Shown here: positions 28,924 through 39,580 of the stretch, piece by piece
Position numbering within the stretch: the stretch's first letter is position 1
How the letters are laid out: each line of letters begins with the position of its first letter
Assembly: GCA_007376295.1 (NCBI GenBank)
Contig: VMGB01000003.1
Span: 71,106-135,105 of the forward strand
Length of the DNA: 64,000 bases
Source: Parcubacteria group bacterium Gr01-1014_13
Lineage (GTDB): Bacteria > Patescibacteriota > Patescibacteriia > Magasanikbacterales > GWA2-37-8
Direction: 5' to 3'
Program-made: the position numbers and the translations under genes
Notes under the pieces: generated by a model
Database searches by the model: none
What the model saw: the letters and a program-made list of their open reading frames with translations, nothing else
What the model was told of the DNA's origin: nothing

Positions 28924-31347
28924 ATGTCCAAAGGAGCAAATACCACAAAAAAAATTCACTTGCGACGTTGCGCCGTCTGCCAAAAAGTTGGACACAATAA
29001 ATCCACTTGCCCAGAAGCGGTGGCGCAAAATATTGATAAACCGGTCAACCAACCGCTTAAGTTTTTTGTACATCATGTTAATTACAACAATCACCAATCC
29101 CCTCATCTAGTAAACCTCAAAGAACACAAAAAAAATCTTTACGAAGATGTACAATCAGTTGGGCCGAAAAAAAATACAGAATTTTATTTTGATCATGACA
29201 CGCCGGTAAAACAAATTCCAAAAATAACTACGCCTTCTTTTAGTCCAAATATAAAAGCCAATAAACGAGCGACAAATACAACACAAAAAAAATCAACTTC
29301 AAATTTAGGACAAAATATAAAAACAGCTTTTGATAAAGCTTCTAGCGCTGTCGCGCCCAAACATTTGGCCGGAGTAGCCATGGTAATTTTATTTTTATTA
29401 TTCGTGCCATCCAGAGCCCGTACTTATTATTTTGATTTAAAATCTACAGCCAATAAAATTTCCGATAACAGCACTGCCGGGTTTTCGGCACTACAAGATT
29501 CCACTTCTGCGCTCATGAGCGGCAACCTGGAAGGCGCGCAGGAATCCTTAACTGGCGCTTTGCAAAATTTTGACAAGGCTGTCAAAGTCTTAAATAGCGA
29601 GCATCAAATTTTACAAAAAATAGTTTCCGTTGTGCCGATAATGAACGGCGAGATGCAAAGCCGACAAAGACTTATTACTGCCGGACAAGAAATATCTCTT
29701 GGCAACACTTACTTACTTAAAGGATTATCTGAAATTCGCGCTGTCAGTTCCACCATTACCAAAAATCTGGCTTTGCTTGGTGAACATCTAAGATTTTCTT
29801 TACCTCACTACCAGACAGCTTTGATCGACTTAAACAAAGTCGACTCCGATGTTTTACCATTTGAATACCAAAATACTTTCAAAGAATTCCGCATACTGTT
29901 CAATGCCTATGTTGGTGATTTAGAAAAAATTGCCAAATTAAACAGCGCCGTACAAGAAATTTTTGGCGGGCAAGGACTACGTCGTTACCTTCTGGTCTTC
30001 CAAAACCCAGACGAACTACGGGCCACCGGCGGCTTTATGGGCAGTTTTGCTTTACTTGACATCAAAGATGGAGATATTGTAAAAATAGATATACCTGCCG
30101 GCGGTACATACGATTTACAAGGCCAACTTTCCCAATATGTAGCACCGCCCACACCTCTTTTATTATCTAATAAACGCTGGGAATTCCAAGACGCAAATTG
30201 GTTTCCAGATTTTCCGGCCAGCGCCAAAAAAATACTTTGGTTCTACCGCCATGGCCGCAACATGACAGCCGATGGAGTAATCTCTATTAATGCCACTGTT
30301 TTAAACCGCCTACTTTCAATCGTTGGTCCGGTGGTTGAAGAAAATCATAACGTAGTTATCGACAAAGAAACTGCTCTAACCACAATACAACATATCGTTG
30401 AATACGGACCAGAGAAAAAAGAAAACAAACCAAAACAAATTCTCTCTGATCTGGCTCCGATATTTATCAGTAATTTCAAAAAAATGAAAGCTGAAGCAGT
30501 GCTACCAATGCTTGCCAACCTGCAAGAGGCTCTGCAAGAAAAAGAAATTCAATCCTACTTTACAGATACTGAAACCGAAAACACTATCAAAGAATTTGGC
30601 TGGAGCGGGGAGATTTTAAAGACAAACCCAGACCAAGATTATTTATTTGTAGTAAATACTAACATTCAAGGACAAAAAAGTGATGCTAGAATCAAACAAA
30701 CTATTAGCCACCAGGCAATAGTTCAACCCGATGGCACTATTCTCGATAGCGTGGTAATATCTAGAGAACACACCGGTCAAGCTGAAGAAAAACTATACGG
30801 ACAAACTAATATTGATTACTTACGAATCTACGTACCGGCCGGCAGTGAGTTAGTAAGGGCCAGTGGTTTTATCTGGCCGGATGAACAAATCTTCCGAGCT
30901 CCGGAAAGCTGGTATGAAAAAGATGCTACGCTAAGCGATTTGGAAAAAGAAATCAGCATAGACAGTAAATCCGGCACCCGCATTACCAGTGAATTTGGCA
31001 AAACAGCTTTTGCCAATTGGCTTATCACTGAACCCGGCCAAACCAACCAAATACAATTTATTTACAAACTCCCCTTCAAAGCCTGGGAACAACCAGAAGA
31101 CCGAAGCTTAAACAACTGGGCCAAAATATTTCAATCCGAGGATCCGAGTTCCAAGTACCAATTAATCGTCCAGAAACAATCCGGCATAACCAGCAACTTC
31201 GATAGCCAGATAATTTACCCCGAAGGTTGGTCGCCGATTTGGCAAAATGGAGATGGTGTAAACTTGGCCAGCAATGGCGCGGCTATAAACTCCACCGAAT
31301 TGAACAATGATAAAATATGGAGTTTAGTTATGAAAAAAAATGAATAA
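28924..31347 (+). CDS. DUF4012-domain membrane protein with N-terminal CCHC zinc knuckle
   Basis: YLLVFQNPDELRATGGF, DANWFPDFP, QKQSG; CAVCQKVGHNKSTC. Confidence 0.85.
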   Translation: MSKGANTTKKIHLRRCAVCQKVGHNKSTCPEAVAQNIDKPVNQPLKFFVHHVNYNNHQSPHLVNLKEHKKNLYEDVQSVGPKKNTEFYFDHDTPVKQIPKITTPSFSPNIKANKRATNTTQKKSTSNLGQNIKTAFDKASSAVAPKHLAGVAMVILFLLFVPSRARTYYFDLKSTANKISDNSTAGFSALQDSTSALMSGNLEGAQESLTGALQNFDKAVKVLNSEHQILQKIVSVVPIMNGEMQSRQRLITAGQEISLGNTYLLKGLSEIRAVSSTITKNLALLGEHLRFSLPHYQTALIDLNKVDSDVLPFEYQNTFKEFRILFNAYVGDLEKIAKLNSAVQEIFGGQGLRRYLLVFQNPDELRATGGFMGSFALLDIKDGDIVKIDIPAGGTYDLQGQLSQYVAPPTPLLLSNKRWEFQDANWFPDFPASAKKILWFYRHGRNMTADGVISINATVLNRLLSIVGPVVEENHNVVIDKETALTTIQHIVEYGPEKKENKPKQILSDLAPIFISNFKKMKAEAVLPMLANLQEALQEKEIQSYFTDTETENTIKEFGWSGEILKTNPDQDYLFVVNTNIQGQKSDARIKQTISHQAIVQPDGTILDSVVISREHTGQAEEKLYGQTNIDYLRIYVPAGSELVRASGFIWPDEQIFRAPESWYEKDATLSDLEKEISIDSKSGTRITSEFGKTAFANWLITEPGQTNQIQFIYKLPFKAWEQPEDRSLNNWAKIFQSEDPSSKYQLIVQKQSGITSNFDSQIIYPEGWSPIWQNGDGVNLASNGAAINSTELNNDKIWSLVMKKNE

Positions 31348-31374
31348 GGATTTATACATTTAAGATTTACTACT

Positions 31375-33264
31375 ATGGCCTTAGAAATACCATCATTCTC
31401 CTCCAAGCCGCTAACCGAAACAGACGCTCCGGAAACAAAACCAAAACGCAAAGGGGCCAGTTCGCCAAGGAAAAAGCGCGAACCTAAAAAATCAGAAGAA
31501 GGCTCAAACAAACAGACAAAATTATCCCGGCAACTAACTCAAATTTACCAAGACAACGAAGGCCATTTACCTGATATGCGAAAAATAAAAATTAAAAAAA
31601 ATCACTCTGGGTTTAAAACCTTTTTTGTTGTTGTTTTTATAGGCGGATTATTAGCCGCAGTAGCTTGGGCTGGCCTTTTTTTGATGCCCAACAGCAAAAA
31701 ATTCGCAGAAGGGCAAATCAATTTAAGTATTGCTGGGCCAGAAAATATAATTTCCGGAACAGCCACCACTTATACAATTTCTTATGAAAACAATCAAAGC
31801 CTGGCTTTAAAAAAGGCAACTTTAAATGTCCAATACCCGCAAGGTTTTATATTCTTATCCAGCGACGTTGATTCAAATAACTCCGGCCATACGGAATGGC
31901 AATTAGATGAAATAGGAGCACACAAAAAAAGAGAGATTAAGATTACAGGCCTAACCTACGGATCATTAAACCAAACAAAATCATGGCGAGCGTTCCTAAC
32001 CTACAAACCAGAAAATTTCGGCTCTGAACTGCAGAAGGCGTCCTTTTTGAATGTCACTGTAGCTAAATCCCCATATTCCCTAGGTGTTAGCGGATCCAAC
32101 AAAGCTATTACCGGCAACACAGCTGAATATTCTTTCACTGTAAAAAAAGAAGAGGCGTCGGAAATAACTAAACTGGAGCTAAAACCTTCCTGGCCACAAA
32201 ATTTCTACATCACATCATCTTCTCCGGCACTAAGCAAAGATTCCAAATGGACAATAGAGCCAAATAAAGATTCCTCTTCTGATTGGACTTTCAAAATCAC
32301 CGGAAAATTCTCCAGCTCCACAGCAAATTCCGGCGATATTTCCGGTGTACTTTCCACAATAAATAATAAAAATACCTTTACTTTAGCTGATGCCAAAGCA
32401 ACTACAGAACTAACCCAAAATGACCTGGATTTAAACCTGGCCATAAACGGATCTCTAACCAACTTCAGCAGTCAGCCTGGAGATAATTTAAACATAACTC
32501 TCTCCTTAAAAAATCAAAGCGCCAATGACTTAAAAAACGTTTCCCTAAAACTCATTCTGGAAGCACCATCGGCAAAAAGACTAAGCCTGCTCGATTGGGG
32601 AAAAATTTCAGACAAGTTTGATGGCGATATACGCGGCATACAAATTAATGATGACGTGAGAAGCGGAGAAATTACTTGGGGCAAAGCCAAAGTTGCCGAC
32701 TTGGCCAAAATAAACAAAAACCAAGAAGTTGGTCTTGATATTCAATTGCCAATAAAAAATGATTCGTCATTCGATCTATCGGCCCTAAAAGGATCCTCTC
32801 AAATCAAAGCGGTGGCCGAAGTAAGCTTCAAAGATGCTGACAACGTTTCCCACACTTACTCTAGCAACCAGATAATTATCACCGTAAATTCAGACTTAAA
32901 ATTTGAAGCTCGTGATTCGGCTTCTGGCGAAAAACATCAAATCAGCTGGGTGCTGACAAATAATTTTCATCCTTTAAAAAATATTTCTTTGTCGGCTGAT
33001 GTTTACGGTGATGCAAAAGTAGAGCTGCCAACTCCCACTCCGGCCGGAGAAGTAACTTTTGATTCGTCAAACAAAAAAATTACCTGGACCATAGCCGAAA
33101 TGCCTCAAAGCGTAGATACCCTGGCTTTGCCAATCACTATAACTTTAAACAAAGTTAATCCTACTCAACAGTTGTTAATTTCTAAAGTTCATATCCAAGC
33201 AGAAGATACGGTAACCGGAGAAAAACTTGATTTTATGGGTGAAGAAGTGGGACTCAACCAATAA
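31375..33264 (+). CDS. Membrane-anchored Ig-like repeat (DUF11-like) surface protein
   Basis: Single TM followed by beta-rich repeats (YTISYEN, WQLDEI, ITWTIAE). Confidence 0.7.
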   Translation: MALEIPSFSSKPLTETDAPETKPKRKGASSPRKKREPKKSEEGSNKQTKLSRQLTQIYQDNEGHLPDMRKIKIKKNHSGFKTFFVVVFIGGLLAAVAWAGLFLMPNSKKFAEGQINLSIAGPENIISGTATTYTISYENNQSLALKKATLNVQYPQGFIFLSSDVDSNNSGHTEWQLDEIGAHKKREIKITGLTYGSLNQTKSWRAFLTYKPENFGSELQKASFLNVTVAKSPYSLGVSGSNKAITGNTAEYSFTVKKEEASEITKLELKPSWPQNFYITSSSPALSKDSKWTIEPNKDSSSDWTFKITGKFSSSTANSGDISGVLSTINNKNTFTLADAKATTELTQNDLDLNLAINGSLTNFSSQPGDNLNITLSLKNQSANDLKNVSLKLILEAPSAKRLSLLDWGKISDKFDGDIRGIQINDDVRSGEITWGKAKVADLAKINKNQEVGLDIQLPIKNDSSFDLSALKGSSQIKAVAEVSFKDADNVSHTYSSNQIIITVNSDLKFEARDSASGEKHQISWVLTNNFHPLKNISLSADVYGDAKVELPTPTPAGEVTFDSSNKKITWTIAEMPQSVDTLALPITITLNKVNPTQQLLISKVHIQAEDTVTGEKLDFMGEEVGLNQ

Positions 33265-34188
33265 TTAGTGCTTCTGTAAAAATTCTTTTATCATTTTATC
33301 GGCCAGCGCCAAATCGCTGTTTTTTATCCAAATAATACTTTTGTCGCGCTTAAACCAGGTCATCTGTCTTTTGGCATAACGCCTGGTATCACGTTTCAAA
33401 ATTTCTATAGCTTCATTTTGCGTCATTTCTCCTCGCAAATAAAATCCTATCTGCTTGTAACCAATGCCGCTCATGCTAGGCAAAGTCCATTTATATTTCT
33501 TAGCTAATTTCTTTGTTTCTTCAATCAATCCTTCGGCAATTTGTCCATCAACACGAGTATTAATTCGTTTATATAATTCTTCGCGCGGCAGATCTATACC
33601 AATCTGCAAAACCTCATAAACAGGCTTTGATTTTGTTTGTTGTTTAGAAAAAGACTTGCCAGTTTGAATCACTACTTCCAAGGCACGCAAAACTCGTCGC
33701 GGATTTTTTAAATCTATTTTCTCCGCAGTTTCCGGATCCATTTTTTCAAGCATGACTATCAACTCAGGTAATTTCTTCTTCTCAAACTCTTCTCGTAAAT
33801 CCTTGTTTGGTGCAACTTTTGGAATATCCAAATTTTCTACTAACGCCTGAATATATAATCCTGTGCCGCCAACTACTATTGGTAATTTTTTTCTGCTTAA
33901 AATATCTTTTATTGATTTTGTCGCCATAGCCTTGTAATCAGCCAGACTAAAATCTTTTTTTGGATCCACAATATCCATCAGGTGATGCGGGATACCCTCA
34001 ACAACAAACACTTTTTTGTTTTCCCACTCACCTATTGGCTTAGCTGTGCCAATATCCATTTTTTTGTAAACTTGACGCGAATCTGCAGACACAATTTCAC
34101 CGTTGAATTTTTTTGCCAATGCCAAACCCAGATCTGTTTTGCCAGACGCTGTGGGCCCGAGGATGACAATAATTTTAGGAAGTGGCAT
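33265..34188 (-). CDS. miaA: tRNA dimethylallyltransferase
   Basis: GPTASGKT, SADSRQVY, GGTGLY, TRRYAKRQMTW. Confidence 0.96.
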   Translation of the reverse strand: MPLPKIIVILGPTASGKTDLGLALAKKFNGEIVSADSRQVYKKMDIGTAKPIGEWENKKVFVVEGIPHHLMDIVDPKKDFSLADYKAMATKSIKDILSRKKLPIVVGGTGLYIQALVENLDIPKVAPNKDLREEFEKKKLPELIVMLEKMDPETAEKIDLKNPRRVLRALEVVIQTGKSFSKQQTKSKPVYEVLQIGIDLPREELYKRINTRVDGQIAEGLIEETKKLAKKYKWTLPSMSGIGYKQIGFYLRGEMTQNEAIEILKRDTRRYAKRQMTWFKRDKSIIWIKNSDLALADKMIKEFLQKH

Positions 34189-35932
34189 TTCTTTCGAGAA
34201 TTTCTTTTCTCACTTTGGCTATGAAGTCTTCTTTACTCATTTGAATTTGATCTTTCTGACCTCGCACGCGTATCATCCACGGTTCACCGGATAATTCTTT
34301 GTCGCCTACAACCACAATATATGGAATTTTTTGTCCGGCAGCTTTACGCACCTTGTTGCCAATAGTTTCGTCAGCTTCATCTGTGGCTACGCGTATTCCT
34401 AAGGCTTCCAGATCGGCGCTCAGCTCTCTGGCGCCATCCACATGCTTACTCGACACTGGAGCTAACTGTACTTGAATTGGCGAAATCCATACCGGAAAAG
34501 CACCACCGTGATGCTCGATTAAAACTGCTAAAAATCTCTCTATTGAACCCATTATCGCAGCGTGAATCATCACTACTCTTTCTTTTTCACCCTGTTCATT
34601 CACGCAAGTTAAATCAAAACGTTCCGGTTGATTGCGATCAATTTGGATAGTAGCTACCTGCCAATCACGACCAATAGAATCTTTAGCCATAAAATCTATT
34701 TTCGGCCCGTACATGGCGGCTTCGCCGATTGCTTCAAAGGCTTCTGCTCCCCGTTCTTTTACTAATTCACGCAATTGTTTTTCTGTTTGTTCCCAAACTT
34801 CTTTGGTACCTAAATATTGTGAGAATTTTTCCGGATCATGGAGAGAAAGACGAACTCGTAAATTACCAAAGCCAACGGCTTTGTAAAAACGTTCAATAAT
34901 ATCCCAGATTTTAAACATTTCTTCTTTTACCTGGCTTTCGCGACAAAAGACATGCGCATCATCTTGGGTAAAACCACGCACGCGTAAAAGACCGTGTAAT
35001 TCTCCAGTCTGCTCATCGCGGTAAACCATAGTAGTTTCGGCATAACGCTGTGGCAAATCGCGATAACTGCGTGATAAGTGATTATATATCTGAGTATGGT
35101 GCGGACAATTCATTGGCTTCATCGCAAACTCATGGCCTTCACGAGTATTTATCTTTAACAAGTCATCTTTAAACTTGTCCCAATGTCCGCTAGTTTCGTA
35201 TAATTCTTTTTTGGTGATATGCGGAATAGTAACTTTCATATAGCCACGCTCTTTGCGTAACTCCCAAACAAAATCATCCAAAGTTGTGCGCAGCAATGTG
35301 CCTTTCGGTGTCCACAAAGCCAGTCCAGCCCCAACTAAATCAGAGAAAGTAAACAAATCAAGTTCTGCGCCCAATTTTCTATGGTCGCGTTTTTTAGCTT
35401 CTTCGAGTTGCAATAGATAAGCGTCTAATTTTTCGGCGGTAGAAAAAAGCAGGCCATAGATACGGGTAAGCATTGGATTTTTTTCGCTTCCACGCCAATA
35501 GGCTCCGGCCACCCGGTGGAGTTTCAAACCATCAACCGGAATCTCTTTGGTATTTTCTACATGGCCACCGCGGCACAAATCTTGAAAAGGACCAGATTCA
35601 TATATAGTGAGCTCTTTGCCATCACCAGCAAATTCATTTATGAGTTCCAACTTGAACGGCTGGTCTTTTTGCTCTTCTTTGGCTTCGGCTACAGATACCT
35701 TACGGCCCAAGAATTTATGATGGCCTTTGATTATTTTTTTCATTGTGGACTCAATTTTTGGCAGATCGTTTTCGGAAACCACTACTCCTTCTGGAAAAAG
35801 AAAATCATAATAAAAACCATTCTCAATGGTGGGCCCAATGGCCAGTTTGGTGCCGGGATATAATTCTAAAACTGCCGCTGCTAACATGTGCGCGGCTGAA
35901 TGACGAATATTTTCTAAATTTTGCTCACTCAT
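34175..35932 (-). CDS. thrS: Threonine--tRNA ligase
   Basis: HSAAH, DLCRGGH, RDHRKLG, KPMNCP, YGPKID. Confidence 0.97.
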   Translation of the reverse strand: MSEQNLENIRHSAAHMLAAAVLELYPGTKLAIGPTIENGFYYDFLFPEGVVVSENDLPKIESTMKKIIKGHHKFLGRKVSVAEAKEEQKDQPFKLELINEFAGDGKELTIYESGPFQDLCRGGHVENTKEIPVDGLKLHRVAGAYWRGSEKNPMLTRIYGLLFSTAEKLDAYLLQLEEAKKRDHRKLGAELDLFTFSDLVGAGLALWTPKGTLLRTTLDDFVWELRKERGYMKVTIPHITKKELYETSGHWDKFKDDLLKINTREGHEFAMKPMNCPHHTQIYNHLSRSYRDLPQRYAETTMVYRDEQTGELHGLLRVRGFTQDDAHVFCRESQVKEEMFKIWDIIERFYKAVGFGNLRVRLSLHDPEKFSQYLGTKEVWEQTEKQLRELVKERGAEAFEAIGEAAMYGPKIDFMAKDSIGRDWQVATIQIDRNQPERFDLTCVNEQGEKERVVMIHAAIMGSIERFLAVLIEHHGGAFPVWISPIQVQLAPVSSKHVDGARELSADLEALGIRVATDEADETIGNKVRKAAGQKIPYIVVVGDKELSGEPWMIRVRGQKDQIQMSKEDFIAKVRKEILERNATS

Positions 35933-36004
35933 ACTACTGTTTAACTCTTTAATTAAAAACCCCGTACGCTTTAATGTATCGGGGTCTTAGGTTATTGTCA
36001 AATA

Positions 36005-37150
36005 CTACTGCACATTTTTTACAATCACCTGCACCCTGTCGGCCACGGCCGGCGCGCTTCGCATCCAAGATGGAGAAAACTTCACATCTACCCCTACCAC
36101 ATGTCCCAAACCAAAAATATATCTTTCGATTTCGTCTTTGCTTTTTCCAAAAAAATTGACGGCTGCTAATTTATCTCCGTTGGCATCCAAAGTTACCAGC
36201 ACGTCCTGATAAACTGAAAATCTGGCTTTTTGTTTTTCTAAATCATAACTGGCCAAAGAAACTTGCGGCTCTTTGCTGACAGATAAAACTTTTTCTGTAG
36301 TTGCGTCGACATGACTGGAAATTTCTTTTGCTAAAACTGATTTTAAATCATCGGTGTTATAAAATACAATTACAACCGTGCTGGTACCTGCCAAGTTGAA
36401 CTCGGTAATTTCTTCTCCGACTTTACGGTCGGCCTTTACATTACGGCTGGGAACAAAAATTAATTTTTGATTAAAGGATCCGTTTTTTCCAAGGAAACTA
36501 GATATTTCTTGTTTCACTTTTTCAACATAATCAGCTTCAGCAGATTTTAAATCGTCCGCGCTTAATACCCCGACCGTTCTTATCCCGCCCACCATAGCTT
36601 TGGCACTGTCGGCGTAAATAACTTTTTGCTTTTCTTCATTTAAACCGGGAATAGTAAATTTACTCGGACCAATATTTCCGGAAGCTCCCGGCTGATCAGC
36701 ATAGACACTAGCCGTAATTTGACCATTTGCCGGTATAATTACTCTCTCGGACAAACGAAACAATACTCCGGCTGGAGTGAGCAGACGAGTTGTTTTGACG
36801 AGTGTTTGAGGCGCGCCAGTGTCATTATGTAGAGTTACAGAACCAACAGCCAAACCAGTAGTTGTTTTGTTGCCGGTTGGAAAATATTTTTGTGACCATT
36901 TGAATTCAGTTGTTGTAACCAGGCCTGCAATTGATGAGTCACTAGTTTTTTCTTTGGCAACGCTGATGTCTAAATTAACATTTTTATTATCTGTTTTGGC
37001 CACCACCACAATAGTGGCTTTTTTTGAAGTAAAAAATATTATTATTCCAAGCAACACAAGAGCGACTACCAAAAAGGTGCCGGCAATAGTACGATAAAAG
37101 CCCACCGACGGTTCGGGTACTAATTTGGTCGTAACGCGATGAGTGATCAT
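36005..37150 (-). CDS. Baseplate-J-like domain membrane protein (common in CPR)
   Basis: TM followed by LVKTTRL...VYADQPG..GNI..FTIPG...GG motif. Confidence 0.65.
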   Translation of the reverse strand: MITHRVTTKLVPEPSVGFYRTIAGTFLVVALVLLGIIIFFTSKKATIVVVAKTDNKNVNLDISVAKEKTSDSSIAGLVTTTEFKWSQKYFPTGNKTTTGLAVGSVTLHNDTGAPQTLVKTTRLLTPAGVLFRLSERVIIPANGQITASVYADQPGASGNIGPSKFTIPGLNEEKQKVIYADSAKAMVGGIRTVGVLSADDLKSAEADYVEKVKQEISSFLGKNGSFNQKLIFVPSRNVKADRKVGEEITEFNLAGTSTVVIVFYNTDDLKSVLAKEISSHVDATTEKVLSVSKEPQVSLASYDLEKQKARFSVYQDVLVTLDANGDKLAAVNFFGKSKDEIERYIFGLGHVVGVDVKFSPSWMRSAPAVADRVQVIVKNVQ

Positions 37151-37263
37151 AGAAGAGAGTCCCTAATTTCTAAAATTATTATATCATAAAAATCACAATA
37201 AGACTAACCTGTGCATAAGTAAATAAAAACCCAGTATTCTTTACGAATACTGGGGTGCTCTCC

Positions 37264-38580
37264 TTAAAAAAGAAACCAATTCCCTTTACTCTTTATAACA
37301 TCATTACGGTCAACACCGACCGAAACCAGTGATACCGGCATGCCTATAGCCCTTTCCACCCTTTGAATATAGCTACCAGCATTGCCACGAACCTCTTTGA
37401 GCTCTTTTCCACAGACAATATCGTATGCCGGCCAACCCAAACTATCTTGGTACTGTGGAACACAGTCTTTCAGGTTAGTTATAACTTCACCTTGAAGATC
37501 AAAAATTTCTTCTCCGTTATATTTGTAAGACTCACAGGTCCTAACAAATTCCAATCCAGACAAAACATCCAGTTTGGTAAGGACTAGTTCGTCCAGACCA
37601 TTGATGCGAGCCGCATACCGAAGTAGCGGCAAATCCAGCCAGCCCACCCGACGCGGACGGCCAGTGGTAGCGCCCTTTTCTTCTCCGGGCTTACCCTCGC
37701 TACGCAGATGTTTGGCTACAACAGAGTCAAATGGCAATTCCGTAGGCATCGGGCCTTCGCCAACCCGTGTCTGAAAACATTTGGCAACACCAATAACCTT
37801 GCGAATACATCTGGAATCTAATCCCAGACCAAGAGCGGCGCTGCTCGCAATTGTGGAAGAGCTGGTTACATAAGGGTATGTACCGTAATCCACATCCAAC
37901 AGTGTGCCTTGCGCCCCTTCGGCCAAGATATTTGCTCCAGCGAGTAGACAATTAGACAAATAAACTGAGGTATCTTTGATATACGGAGCTAACCGATTCG
38001 CGTATTCTTCGTGCTTATGCCATCCCGCATGAAAATTCAGGTTTGGCTCAATACCAAATCTCCGTAATTCATCAAGATGTTCTGACATAAGCTGGCGGAC
38101 TTGCTGGCCAAATTTTACAGGATCCTTCATCATAACAGCCCGCAAACCACGGCGCCGAGCTCTATCGGCATAAGTTGGACCAATACCGCGCTTGGTAGTA
38201 CCAATCGGGACTTTGCCTCTGCCTCCCTCATGCGCGCCATCAAGCGCCCTGTGTGTAGGCAGAACAATATGCGCTAAAGAAGAAATCATGATTCGCCCTG
38301 GAGAGACATCAATCCCTTGGGCGGCAAACCCATCAATTTCCTTCAAAAGCTGTTCTGGATCAATTACCATTCCAGCTCCTAACACGCACATCTTTCCCTG
38401 TAACAAACCCGAAGGCAAAAGATGCATTACGTGTTTTTTGCCATCGAGGTAGACAGTATGACCAGCATTGGCCCCGCCGCCCCATCTGGCTACAATATCC
38501 GCATCCTGGGAAAGATAATCAACAATTTTTCCCTTACCCTCATCACCCCATTGCAGTCCAACAAGCACATCCATTGGCAT
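37264..38580 (-). CDS. purA: Adenylosuccinate synthetase
   Basis: QWGDEGKGK, GGANAGHT, EGAQG, TRVGEGP, TTGRPRRVGWLD, TKLDVL. Confidence 0.95.
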   Translation of the reverse strand: MPMDVLVGLQWGDEGKGKIVDYLSQDADIVARWGGGANAGHTVYLDGKKHVMHLLPSGLLQGKMCVLGAGMVIDPEQLLKEIDGFAAQGIDVSPGRIMISSLAHIVLPTHRALDGAHEGGRGKVPIGTTKRGIGPTYADRARRRGLRAVMMKDPVKFGQQVRQLMSEHLDELRRFGIEPNLNFHAGWHKHEEYANRLAPYIKDTSVYLSNCLLAGANILAEGAQGTLLDVDYGTYPYVTSSSTIASSAALGLGLDSRCIRKVIGVAKCFQTRVGEGPMPTELPFDSVVAKHLRSEGKPGEEKGATTGRPRRVGWLDLPLLRYAARINGLDELVLTKLDVLSGLEFVRTCESYKYNGEEIFDLQGEVITNLKDCVPQYQDSLGWPAYDIVCGKELKEVRGNAGSYIQRVERAIGMPVSLVSVGVDRNDVIKSKGNWFLF

Positions 38581-38728
38581 AATTTTCCCTTTCAAGACAC
38601 ATCTTAACATTGCAGAATAAAAAAAACAAATTGACTTAAAAACCCTTTAGGCTTGCGCACTTTAACCGGGCGACATATACTACCCAACATGGCATGAATG
38701 CCTAAACAATCTAGCAAGTAGGTGTGTA

Positions 38729-39469
38729 ATGTCATTTCGTAACATTCGACCTTTGCACATTTTATGGCAAGATGGTATAGCCGATGAAGTTATAAACCAT
38801 GTCAACAGCGGCATAGTCGGAATTCTTTCCTGGGCTGAAGTTTTGGGAGAAATTCTACCAATGCATTTTGTTCAACGACGCCAAAAAAATTGGCTTGAAA
38901 ACGGTCTATTAGCTCCGTACCAAAGCCTGGATTGGCATATTGAGCTAGCTAGAAGCAATAGCAAGTTGGCTGGACATCTAAATAGCACATCGCTATTAAA
39001 CTCTCTGCGGGAAAATCCGACCTGTACAACAGACCCGCGCTATGAATTGGTGGTGGTAAACGAGCCACTTCATTGGCACGATACTTCTTTGCGCAAGGTT
39101 GGCGGTATTGGCCGGCAAGAACAAGGGGCTGTCATTACTGCTCACCGTGATCTATCCGCAGATCGCTGGAGTGAAAAAACCCAGAGAAAAAAAGAGTTAG
39201 AATTTCCTCTTTCCATACAAATGTTTGTAATGCACGAGCTCGGACATGTCTTTGGCCTTTTTACCAAAGGGACTGCCAAAGAAAACCCGAGCGACGACGA
39301 ACTAAGACAATCGCACTGCCTAAACGAATGTGTAATGTACTGGCGGGATGACCATGAGCTTAATAAAAAAATTGAGCGCCAGCCATTCTGCCCATCGTGC
39401 TTGAAACAATTAAGGAATTATTTCCTGGAACCGGAAACAATTATCATAGATGTAGATGACACCCTCTGA
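38729..39469 (+). CDS. Zinc metallopeptidase (archaemetzincin-like)
   Basis: HELGHVFGL, HC-x-x-x-CVM, FCPSC. Confidence 0.75.
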   Translation: MSFRNIRPLHILWQDGIADEVINHVNSGIVGILSWAEVLGEILPMHFVQRRQKNWLENGLLAPYQSLDWHIELARSNSKLAGHLNSTSLLNSLRENPTCTTDPRYELVVVNEPLHWHDTSLRKVGGIGRQEQGAVITAHRDLSADRWSEKTQRKKELEFPLSIQMFVMHELGHVFGLFTKGTAKENPSDDELRQSHCLNECVMYWRDDHELNKKIERQPFCPSCLKQLRNYFLEPETIIIDVDDTL

Positions 39470-39580
39470 TTTCTAAATGAAATCTGAGGGTATTTTTTTA
39501 TAACATAATAACATTGACGAACAAACAAACCCATGCTAAGGTGAAACAGCCAATTTTGGCAAACAACAAGGAGACGCGGC

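Noticed and set aside
36005-37150. Prophage suggested by the baseplate-J-like gene
   Set aside because: Isolated, membrane-anchored, and no other phage structural genes nearby
37264-38580. PurZ (2-aminoadenine pathway)
   Set aside because: Has the canonical PurA GDEGKG aspartate, not the PurZ serine variant
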